DNA from: Octopus bimaculoides
Lineage: Eukaryota
DNA: 64,000 nt
NCBI RefSeq assembly: GCF_001194135.2
Contig: NC_068982.1
Location: 96,340,640 to 96,404,639, forward strand
Direction: 5' to 3'
This document shows, in pieces, positions 11,404 to 22,199 of this stretch. The position numbers and the translations under genes were made by a program. The notes under the pieces were generated by a model that saw nothing but the letters and a program-made list of their open reading frames with translations, was not told the origin of the DNA and ran no database searches. How positions within the stretch are numbered: the first letter of the stretch is position 1; each line of letters starts with the position of its first letter.

Positions 11404-12980
11404 GGGAGTTTTAATTCACATGGCTATTGTATATAACTTACGAAGTGGGAAATTTTACAATACAAATACACACTTTGCTGATTGATTAAGCATACACACA
11501 ACTAATTTGACTCTAATACATGAAGGCTGAGATATTCATTAATTTTTTATTTACACATACTTGTAGTATCCTTAAAGGATTATTGTAGTGAGGATGAATT
11601 TTATACTCTCATATCTGTAAAATTCTCTCTCTCTCTCTTTCCTTCTCTCACACACACTGAAATGCATATGCTCTGTCTCTTGTGAGGCTCTTTGCTAAAT
11701 GGAAACTGAAAGAAGTTTGTCATGTGTGTATATATGTATTTGTGCAAATGTTCACATTCTACTTGTGACGTGAATGCTTGTGGTTGGGCTGCAATTGGTT
11801 ATGGTTATTGACATTTCCTGTCAACGAATTATTCACTAGTTTTGCAAGATCAAATTCCTCTGGAATATAAGAATCCCTTACTTCACAAGCTGGTGAGGTT
11901 TGGTGACAGGAAGAACCTTCAGCCATAAAAGTCCTGTCTCAAATAAATGTTCCATTTAAGCCATGCCAGCATGGAAAAACAGACATTAAATGTGCAAATA
12001 ATATTTTAATCAGTTTAATCTCCAGTTGCCATAAGATATCTTAGTCTTGATCCAAACGAGTAATATTTATTTCTAAACTAAATCTAAGAACATTCTTCTT
12101 CACTAGGCCATAGACACATGTACACTTCTAAAGCAAGACCAAATAATGTTTTTATCCACTTGGCCATTGTTGCAGTGATGTGGGTCAATGTTTTAGTAGA
12201 TAAGAATGTTATTACCCTTGGTTTAGAAATAAAGGTTCCTTGTTTTGAACCAGTCAGGGATTATGTAAACAATCATGAATAAGACGCCTAATGACAATCA
12301 GATACTAAACCAACAGAAATGCAATGTGGATGTAAATATAAAAAAAAGAAAGAAAAATGAAATTATTGGTCTGGAAAATGATTCTTTATTAACGACTTAT
12401 TTCAGGTTTTTAAACATTTAATAAGAATAATGTGAGGCATGAAAAATGAATACAAGTGTGGAATTGTAATTCACATACTTGTGGGGGTGTTTATTCTTAG
12501 ATCAATCATTTGTGGAATTTTTATACCCAAACCTGTGGGTTTTCTATACACAAAACAAAATGGTTTTAACGTACGCAGTTGTGGGAATTTAATATGTAAA
12601 TTTTTAATTTTTAATATGCACACAAATTAAGTTGTGTCTATTCATCTCTAGATTATTTCATTTTTATACACTGTGATATTGTTGCTTTTCTTTCTTTTCT
12701 TTTTTTTTTTTTTTTTTTTTTTTTGAGCCTTGGTGTAGCAGCTGGGAATTTTAATTCACATGGCTATTGTATTTATAACTTACAAACGGATATTTTTCAA
12801 TACACACTTTGCTGATTGATTAAACATACACACAGGCACTTGACTCTAATTCATGAAAGCTGGGATATTCAGTTTTCTTTTTTACTTATAATTGTAGTAC
12901 CCTTAAAGCCTTACTCTGACAGCGGTGGGGGGGGGGTGCTTCCACAAGTCTGTGAAATTCACTCATAGACTCTGACACTA
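11404..12980. repeat. Old local duplication of a ~240-bp module (11404-~11640 and 12744-~12980)
   Basis: Shared colinear blocks TTTTAATTCACATGGCTATTGTAT, AATACACACTTTGCTGATTGATTAA.CATACACACA and TTGACTCTAAT.CATGAA.GCTG.GATATTCA; offset 1340 bp. Confidence 0.8.
11690..12000 (+). mobile_element. Degenerate SINE with RTE-like tail
   Basis: GGAAACTGAAAGAAG...(GT)n...GGTGACAGGAAGAACC...GCCATGCCAGCATGGAAAA; related copies at ~47230-47525 and ~61400-61710. Confidence 0.6.
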
Positions 12981-13831
12981 CATGTTCACTCAGATACATA
13001 TGCTTTCTCTCTCTATCATATCCACATATACATATGAACATTTTATGCTGCAGACATTGTGGGATCGTAATACATTAACTGCAGAACTTTAAAGTTTCCA
13101 TAGGCATTATTAATTCAGTAGCAAGGAGATGTTAAGTGGTTGTGATTATGTTCTTATGTTTAATTAATAGAACAAGGAGTAAACACAACAATTTGAATGT
13201 TTCAGTAGTAACCTGATAACCCTCAACTCAAATCCCAGTTGCTGAATTGTCACATTTTAATATTTCTGTATCTTTTCTGGATCAAATGTAACACTTTTCA
13301 CAGGTGGATGTAATTTCTCTTAATTTTGTCTTGAACGTTGATCACTTGTTTAAGCCAATTTTTTTAATATTTAAAGTATCTAAAGAAAGGCAATTGAATA
13401 AGTTATTTTATTAATATTTCCACAACCTCTGAAATATGGATTTTAGTTTTTCTTGTTGTGGTCATTAAAATATAGAATGTATAGTCCCAGCATTTAAAAT
13501 ACTGGTTTCTTTATAGAAAATCATAGACAGACTGCATGTTGTGGTCAAGGGTTATTATAAAGCTTTCATTAAGGTGAGTATCTGCAGTCCCAAATAGCAG
13601 CAAGTCCTGGACAACTATGATTGTAGCAAAGTTTCAATCCCTAGTTGAACTATTTCTCTTAACTTGTTCTGGGGCTCTTTTGTTCTGGTTGAGAAGTTAA
13701 CAGTTTTCATTCCTAATATCTTCATCACATTCTTTGCTATTATTTATTATAGGATAAATTTATAGATTTCAATTAGCACAGCACTTGTAAATTTAAACTT
13801 TATTAGAATACAATTAAAATACATCTTTTAG

Positions 13832-14163
13832 CTTTTACTTGTTTCAGTCATTAGACTGCAGCCATGATGGAGCACTATCTTGAAGGCCTTTAGTCAAACG
13901 GATCGACTCCCCTCCCAGTGTGTTTTTTTTTCTTTGAAGCCTGGCATTTGTTTATCAGTCTCTTTTGCTGGACCACTGGGTTATGGGAATGTAAACACAC
14001 CAACACTAGTTGTCAAGCAGTGGTGGGGGACAAAGACACATACACATAGATGCACACACACACACATGATGGCTTCTTTTAGCTTCCATCTACCAAATCC
14101 ACTCACAGGGCTATGGTAGCAGACACTTGCTCACGGTGCCATGCTACACAGTCATGCCTGCAC
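13832..14163 (-). mobile_element. SINE family A copy
   Basis: Reverse complement of the 14541-14929 family (CTTTTACTTGTTTCAGTCAT...GCCATGATGGAGCAC...TTGTCAAGCAGTGGTGGGGGACAAA...CCATCTACCAAATCCACTCAC). Confidence 0.85.
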
Positions 14164-14540
14164 TTATGTGTGTAAATTAAACTTAAGTACAGTGTGCCAT
14201 TGCAAAAACTGCCTTTTTATAAGTAAATTTTCTGTGGACAAGAAAAAGGATCAACTGGATCAGTTTCAATCCTTTATTGGGATTTCTTCAGTAATTGAGT
14301 ACCTTTTCATCACTGTCCAATGGAAATCTAATCTTAATAGACATTTATTAAAGGTTTCATTTAATGAGAAAAATCAATCTGCATAAATAAAGCATTTTAA
14401 GGTGGTTCAGTTAATAAATTACTGATGTGTCAGCAGTATTTAGTTATTCTGCTATAATGTACTAGAATAAATCTATAGATTTCAGCCAAAACCGCTTGTA
14501 TAAATTAAACATCATTAAATATACCAAACACTTTTTTCGT

Positions 14541-14929
14541 AGGCACAGGAGTGGTTGTGTAGTAAGTTGCTTGTAAGTCCCAGGTTCAGTCCCATTGTGT
14601 GGCACCTTGGACAAGTGTCTTCTACTATAGCCTCTAGCTGACCAAAGCCTAGTCAGTGGATTTGGTAGATGGAAACTGAAAGAAGCCTGTCATATATATA
14701 TATATATATTTGTGTGTGTGTGTGTATATGTTTGTCCCCCCACCATTGCTTGACAACCGATGCCGGTGTGTTTATGTCCCCATAGCTTAGCAGTTCGACC
14801 AAAGAGCCGATAGAATAAGTACTAGGTTTACAAAAAATAAGTCTTGGGGTCAATTTGTTTGACTAAAGGTGGTGCTCCAGCATGGCCGCAGTCAAATGAC
14901 TGAAACAAGTAAAAGAGAGTAAAAAGAGT
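14541..14929 (+). mobile_element. SINE family A, near full length
   Basis: tRNA-like head (GGAGTGGTTGTGTAGTAAG...GGTTCAGTCCC), internal (TA)/(GT) microsatellite and GACTGAAACAAGTAAAAGAG tail. Further fragments at 15427-15609, ~17500-17700, ~46550-46700, ~51950-52230 (-) and 61730-61860. Confidence 0.9.
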
Positions 14930-15839
14930 ATGATGGGTTGGCTGAAATTTGTAGATTTATTCTGTAGCATATAAGCAGAACACTACTAATGTGTCAATAA
15001 TATATTCTTTGGGATATAGTAAAAGTGAAACAGAAGACCCAGTTTTCTGTAACATGAGAGTACTTCTCTCTTTAATAAGGTTTGTATCTATTTGTTTTGT
15101 AATGGTTTGGTCTGAAGGAAAATAATGACCTTGACCTTAAAAGCCTCTGAGGCTGGCATGNNNNNNNNNNNNNNNNNNNNNNNNNNNNNNNNNNNNNNNN
15201 NNNNNNNNNNNNNNNNNNNNNNNNNNNNNNNNNNNNNNNNNNNNNNNNNNNNNNNNNNNNNNNNNNNNNNNNNNNNNNNNNNNNNNNNNNNNNNNNNNNN
15301 NNNNNNNNNNNNNNNNNNNNNNNNNNNNNNNNNNNNNNNNNNNNNNNNNNNNNNNNNNNNNNNNNNNNNNNNNNNNNNNNNNNNNNNNNNNNNNNNNNNN
15401 NNNNNNNNNNNNNNNNNNNNNNNNNNCTTGACAACTGATGGTGGTGTGTTTACGTCCCCATAACTTAGTGGTTTGGCAAAAAAGACCAACAGAATAAGTA
15501 CTAAGCTTCCAAAGAATAAGTCCTGGGGTCAATTTGCTCGACTAAAGGCGGTGCTCCAGCATGGCTGCAGTCAAATGACTGAAACAAGTAAAAGAGAGTA
15601 AAAAGAGTATGATGGGTTGGCTGAAATTTGTAGATTTATTCTGTAGCATATAAGCAGAACACTACTAATGTGTCAATAATATATTCTTTGGGATATAGTA
15701 AAAGTGAAACAGAAGACCCAGTTTTCTGTAACATGAGAGTACTTCTCTCTTTAATAAGGTTTGTATCTATTTGTTTTGTAATGGTTTGGTCTGAAGGAAA
15801 ATAATGACCTTGACCTTAAAAGCCTCTGAGGCTGGCATG
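14889..15839. other. Gap-flanking duplication (14889-15160 = 15567-15839), probable assembly overlap
   Basis: ~270 bp is identical on both sides of the N-gap, and the first copy ends exactly at the gap. Confidence 0.8.
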
Positions 15840-16179
15840 AACAATGTAATTGGTATTCTTCTTGAACAATTGCAGAGAGAAAAAAGCAATGTCAGGGAGG
15901 GAATTCTGGATGACTGATGGGGAGGAAGGATAGGAATTAGTGGTTTGTGTTGAGTTGGAGGGGATACAATATGGATGGCATGAGGAGAGGGAGTTGAGTG
16001 CATTTGTGTTCATATGGCATTAGACAGCCAGTTTCAACTATAAAATGAAACTCAGCTCTTTGGGAACTTGTCTTTTCTTCTCTAGCACCAAAATATTCTA
16101 GCATTTTAGATCGTTGACAGTAAGGTATTAATTGATGATAGGGAAGTATTTAACTGCTCTATATTCAGCTTAGACTTAC

Positions 16180-16269
16180 CTACTCATAAAAGATTCCTCT
16201 GTCATTCAATTTTTAAAAGACTTTCTTGTTTTTTGTTTTGAAGAAAATTTGATCTGGTACACACTATTC
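16180..16269 (-). other. Candidate exon, 90 nt, stops in all frames (possible 5'UTR with ATG-ACA-GAG start, or non-coding)
   Basis: Minus-strand acceptor (CT)n-CAATGTTTCCCACAG and donor TAG|GTAAGT. Confidence 0.3.
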
Positions 16270-18279
16270 CTGTGGGAAACATTGAGAGAGAGAGAGAAAG
16301 ATTATGTGTGTGTGTGTGCATGTGTAAAGGTAATGAAAAATGACATGGTAATTTAGATATGTAATGTGAAGAGAGAGAAAAAGAATGAGGGTGCAAGTGC
16401 ACTCTGTAGGCAGCTGGTAAAGAAATTATGTTTTACATGCATATACGATGAGAATAGATGATGTTTACCGAGAGACAAAAAGTTTATTTGCGAGTTGGTT
16501 GGTAGTTGTTGAAAAGAGGTTAGAGATTTTGGAGCAATATTGTGAAAGTTGAGCTAGGTAGGTTATATTACCTCGATGACATGATCAGTGAGTGGACACA
16601 GTTCTGTCAATATATTTGAGCCAAGCCTGCATTGAAAGCAAAAAATACAAAACCAGCATTAAACACCACCATCACCACTGTCATCAATGACATTCATAAT
16701 GGTGATGCTGGCTTTCTGTGCAATGTAATGAACATGAAATCTGAACCAAATGCATTGTTATTTCTGGTTTTGTTTATTTTACAAACAGAAAAAGAAGGAG
16801 CAGTAATTTGGTAAAATTGGTAGAGAATTAGACAAAAATGTGTTGCCGTATTTAGTTTTGTCACTTTGCAGGAGTTCAAATCCCACTGGTTCAATTTTCT
16901 CTTGTATATGATATGTCAAGACTTTTCAGTTTTAGGCTAACTCAATTTATTTGATGTTGTCTTTGTATATCAGAATACATATTTGGTTAAATTAATTGCA
17001 ACTCTCACTTATATTAATTACACACATACATGTGAAGTAGTGAAGTGATTACAAGACTGCTGAGTCACTGAGCATAAAACTAGTTGCTGACAATGTGTTA
17101 TCCTTTCAGGTAATGCACCCTATTTCAATCGATTTAAACAATCCCTATCATTCTTTACTGTGGCATGATTGTATGAAGCATGAAATTTATTGTGTTAATG
17201 GATATTTATAGAACAAACAGGATATAGACTCCTGACTCACCAGCTAAGATCTTGTAAAATTTTTTAAATAATTTGTGTTTGTGAACATCTGACATTTCTG
17301 ACAGGGCTTTTCTTCAAAGAAATGTTTGCAAAAGGTTTCTATTTGTTTTTAAATCTTGTCATCCAAAACATTAGAACTCCACCTTGCATCCCAGCACATA
17401 AACTTATTTTATGAATTTTATTAAATGTTATTTTTTTGCTGAAGCTGAACATAACTAGGTTTACTTGGATTCTACTTTTTCCAAAGAATCTACTACTTAC
17501 GTGCTTATTTGAACTTGTGAGAAGGTTTCTATATAGAGCCAACCAATACCTTGTGAGTAAATTTGGTAGATGGAAACTGTGTGCAAGCTCAGTCTATTTG
17601 TATCCCCCAACCACTTGGCAACTGGTGTTGGTTTGTCAATTTAATTAAACCTTTCAAGGCAATGCCCCAGTATAGCCACAGTCCAGTGAGTGAAACAAAT
17701 AAGAGATGAAAGAAAATAGTAATTTGAAATGCACACTAGAGCAACTTTGTGTTCTTATCACTTTCTATACTTAAAGACCCTGCTTTAAGCTCTAAAATTT
17801 TAGAAGACATTGGCAATAAAAGCAGAATGGTGTCGACTAAACCATTACTTTAAGTATGTAGTTTGACCCAGATAGAAATTGACAATATTATAACCATTCA
17901 AATATTCCACTGTAGCAAATTGGTGTACTCCCCACTCATTGGAGAGTATGATACACTTTATAGATCATTCATCAATAATTTCCACTTTGCCTGAACATCT
18001 TGGCTTTCTTGGCCATCCATAGTATATCTAGAAGTATATTATTCAATGCATTGTTCCTTTTTTTTAAAGATAAGTTGTAATTTGGGAGAAATTTGGCTGT
18101 GGTGAATGACTGGTAGTTGTTTTGGTACTTATTGAGTATTTTTTTAGGATTCTTTAATCATTGTTTCTTAAGTGTCAGGGAAGCTGTTAGGAAGCTGTAC
18201 CAGTCATCTGCAGTGTATGCTTGAAGAGAAGTAACCAAAGATGAAGTTTAGTTTTCCAAAAGATGGCACCTGCACTTAC

Positions 18280-18341
18280 AGACATACAAAATGCTGGCTT
18301 GACAACATTCTCTATAATCTTCTTTGTTAGACTGGCACAAA
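18280..18341 (-). other. Candidate exon, 62 nt
   Basis: Acceptor ATTTTGTTTTCTTTCAG and donor TCT|GTAAGT; two frames are open (CASLTKKIIENVVKPAFCMS or LCQSNKEDYRECCQASILYV). No recognisable homology. Confidence 0.2.
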
Positions 18342-19309
18342 CTGAAAGAAAACAAAATATAATAAAAAATACACAATCAGGCTGACTTGGTTCTTATAAT
18401 GTATACAAGGAGTATAAATTGCAGCAGTAATACTATCAGTAACAGTTGACAAGATATATGTTTGTAAAGCAAAAGAGGCAAAGGGGTTGGTTCATAGTTT
18501 GAACCTTGCTTCTACAGCTATTGTGGTGTATCCCAGAGCAGGTTACACAACCCTGCTTGTTTCAGTTTGAGTATCTAGTTATAAAACTAACTCCACTCTC
18601 TATTATACAGTTGAGTGGTTAGTGGCAAGAAGTGCATCCAAGTGAAAGTGTAAAAATATGCAGAAACAAACCAGGCAAACATGAGAAATTGGATTTAAAT
18701 TTGTATTTTTGCAATTTTTAAGTGATTTTAAAGCATGTAAAATTTATTTGGAGGAGTGAGATGAAGCTTATTGGCTTATCTGTGTGCTGAATCCCAGCCC
18801 ACCTCTGCTACAAAAAAAAAAAAAGTAAGATTAAGTAGATCACGTTGAAGGTAACTTACCAAATTTCAAAGCTTTGCATAATCTTCACTTTTTATGGAGA
18901 AAATAGTTTTTATGGAGGAAAATAAGTCAAGTTGGATGAGGAGAGAAGTAAATATAAATATACAGATAAACTGATAGACATAAAGACAGGGTAAAAGTAA
19001 ACTAGGGGTCTCCCTCTCCACTGAATGTCGCTAGTGTGGTGCTATGTAAATAAGGGAGGAAATCCCCCACCTCTACTCCCCCCCCCACAACAACAAACCT
19101 AAAATGAAAATGAAATAAAAGAATAGTCTTGGTAATAGGAAAAGCATCCAACTGAGAAAATTCTTTATGCCGACAAACTAACTTATCTTTCTAAATGGTG
19201 CAGACATTTTTTGTTTTGTTTTCAAAACTTTTGGTTTTATTTCTGAAGTCTGAAGTAATATTAGTGTTTTTTGTTTGTTTATCTTTTTTGTTTTTGCACA
19301 GTAAGCTAA

Positions 19310-19720
19310 TACTAGTGCCACTACTACTGTTACTACTATTACAACTACTACTACTTTCAGCATTGCCTCTAACACCGCTAAAGTTATTAAGTATTACTAC
19401 CATCACAGCTTTCATTAGTACTACTCTAACAAAAAACCACTACTACTGTTATTGAGCCTTAGTACTACTACCACCACCACTAACACCTCGATGCTCTTAG
19501 TACTACTACTACTACCACCACTAACACCTCAATGCCTACCATTATTACTCTTGCCACCATGTCACTACTACTCCTATTACTACCACCACCACCATTACTA
19601 CTACCACCACCACCATTACTACTACCAACACCACCACTACTGCTACTACTACTACTACTACTACTGTCACCACTACCATCAACTGCATCTCCATCAAGCA
19701 GTTACATATGTTTCTGTTGT
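19310..19720. repeat. Mosaic trinucleotide low-complexity tract (CTA/CCA/TTA)n
   Basis: Runs of ctactacta and caccaccac; accounts for the poly-T/L/Y/H/V ORFs in the track. Similar tracts at ~26090-26200 and ~36620-36870. Confidence 0.85.
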
Positions 19721-20191
19721 TGTTTATCATATTTTTAATTACAACATCAGTTCTGAGTAAGATAACAATCTTCCTTTTATTGACATTTTTATCACCCACC
19801 CAGCCACCACCAACACTAAAAAAATTAAAAAGAAGAAATTGATAATTTTTTTATTATTTTCATTATTTATTTTTTTAATTCTCTTCCTGTGCTATCTTAA
19901 AACTTTATATGCATTTGGATAGACAAATTCTGTCTTGTAGTCTAACCAAATACAGTTATGCTTTTGAAACAAACAGAACAAATAAGAAAGAAAGAGAAGG
20001 TTAGTTCTGTAGTTACTGGAATATTTTCTTCAAACTTGTTGTTTTGCTTAGTTTAAATTAATAAAACCTAAACAAACAACCAGGAAAAGCTAATAGTGTA
20101 CCAATAATAACCCATTGTATAGGCAAGACGTCTGAGTTTTCAACGTCAGAAATAATTATTGTATGATTAAATATTAGTAATAATATAGATT

Positions 20192-20364
20192 TCAAGTTTG
20201 GGGGAGAGGTAAGTCAATTACATTGACCTTAGTGATCAACTGGTACTTATTTTATCACCCCTGAAAGGATGAAAATCAAAGTTAACCTCGGCAGAATTTG
20301 AACCCAGAACATGAAGACAGATGAAATGTTGCCTGGCATACTAACAATTCTGCCAGCTTGCCAC
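20192..20364 (-). mobile_element. SINE family B copy
   Basis: Reverse complement of GGCAAGCTGGCAGAATTGTTAG...TTCTGGGTTCAAATTCTGCCGAGGTTAACTTTG.TTTTCATCCTTTC.GGGGTGATAAAATAAGTACCAG. Confidence 0.85.
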
Positions 20365-22199
20365 CTTAAATATCAATAATAATATTGGCGGTTATTGTGC
20401 ATCATTATTTAGGTGAGCAAGCAAGGGAGATTTTTTCCTGAATGTTTCTGCATTATTAAGCTTCATCAGTAGAGGTATGACCTTTTCCCATTGCTTACTA
20501 GTATTGTAGCAGCTAACTTACTCTATAGAAATGGTTATAAACAAAAAAAGAATGACACTGGGGAATGAGATTAATTGATGAATTTATTATAAAACGGTGC
20601 TGGTTTTCTCATTTTACTGCTTGGGTGAGTGATGTTAAATATTTTATTCAACAATATTTCAGTTCATCTAGCTTTCTGGACTAGTTATTAGATCATGACC
20701 TGGAAATGTTACTTGTTTGTAATAGACCTGCTTCTCATCCATGGGAGATTTGTCTTTCATTTACTTAAAGTGTTCAAGTAAGTGTTAAACTTCTTAGGTA
20801 TAGATGAAAATTATATTGCTTTATTGAATCTCTGAGTCTTGCAGAGTTACAGATCTGTGTAAAAGTGTTGATTTGAATTTGGGTGATGAAGTTAAAAACA
20901 AAGGCATTAATTCACAAATTTCAGAGTACACTGGATTGCTAGTTAATTCTACCTTTAGTGTTAAAGAAATGAGAGATAAATATCCTATTGGAGAGAATGC
21001 TAGTTTATTGCAGTTAACTTTTTTGGAGGTCCCAGTGTTTCTCAATTTTTGATAACTCACTGAAATGAAATGTGTTGAATAAATGAGCTGTCATGTTCAA
21101 AGATGCAGATGAATGCACAATCCATAAGCTGGTAATGTATTGCTTTATTTTCTCAGCCACTTCACCTTTTCACATGATGATGATAGGTATGTGTTGAATC
21201 CCATCTGCCCTGTCTTAGTTACAGTTCACTGGTTTCAGTTGTAAGATTTATATCAGGATAACTGAAATCAAAAATGAAACATTTAAAGTCTTAATTTGAA
21301 CCTCACATTCAAAGACAGTGGAAGTTAATTTGATCAGACCTCCTTTGACTTGTTCGCTTTCAATGACTTTACCGCAAACATAGACTTCTACCAAGCATTG
21401 CTCTTTGGGTCATATACTCTATTGCTATAAGGCATTACTGAAGACCATGCTTTTGAATAATGATAGTATAGAGAATAGATACATTAGAATTGATTTTCTT
21501 GTTACCTTCTCCATGTACATAGGGAAAGTTAAGCAGATAAAATATTTATCAGTTTTACAATGTCCTTTGTGGCTTATACCAATGGGTTGTATTTCTATAT
21601 CATTGCATTGAGCTCATCTGTCTTGAAGAGTTTGCAATGGCAGAATCACAATTTCTTCCTCCTGACCAATCCATTTCATAAAAAATTTCTTTTATTTGAC
21701 TCTTCTCTTTTGTTTTCAGTCTTCCCCTTTTTAATTTTTCTTCTACCATCCTTCATACTTCTTCCTTCATTATTTTTTTCTTTTTTTACTCTTTGTTCCT
21801 TCTTTACTCTTAACTAAAGTAGTGGAAACCTTTTGAATCCCATGTGTAGTAATGCACATGATAACAACACCAGCCACTACCATCACCCCCTCTGCAACTT
21901 ATTTCATACTGTTATTTGTCAGTGAAACGGGCATAATTTGAGGTATATATATAAATATTAATTTGTTTCTCTTTTATCATAACATGTATGCCTCTCTACC
22001 TGATGATAGACTTTGATTGTTCATTATAATAGACATAAATACCTGGAGGAAATACCTGGCTGTCAATGGAATGCAGCACATGAAACTGAATAAATAATTT
22101 TAATGAGACTTTTGAAGTTTTTTCTTTTTTATCATTACATTATGTTTTAGAAGAGCATTATTATTTATCATGTTTTCAATAGTTTTTTTATGCAAGTTT

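Noticed and set aside
15072-15532. ORFs spanning N-gaps (also 28137-28753 and 48439-48760)
   Set aside because: Artefacts of translating Ns.
20845-21050. Open plus frame VTDLCKSVDLNLGDEV...MRDKYPIGENASLLQLTFL after a TTGCAG acceptor
   Set aside because: No good donor and no recognised homology; at most a faint hAT-like resemblance, too weak to call.
21175-21266. C/D snoRNA-like box pair (ATGATGA...CTGA); a similar pair at ~36202-36283
   Set aside because: No terminal stem and no recognisable rRNA or snRNA antisense element; such boxes are frequent by chance in AT-rich DNA.
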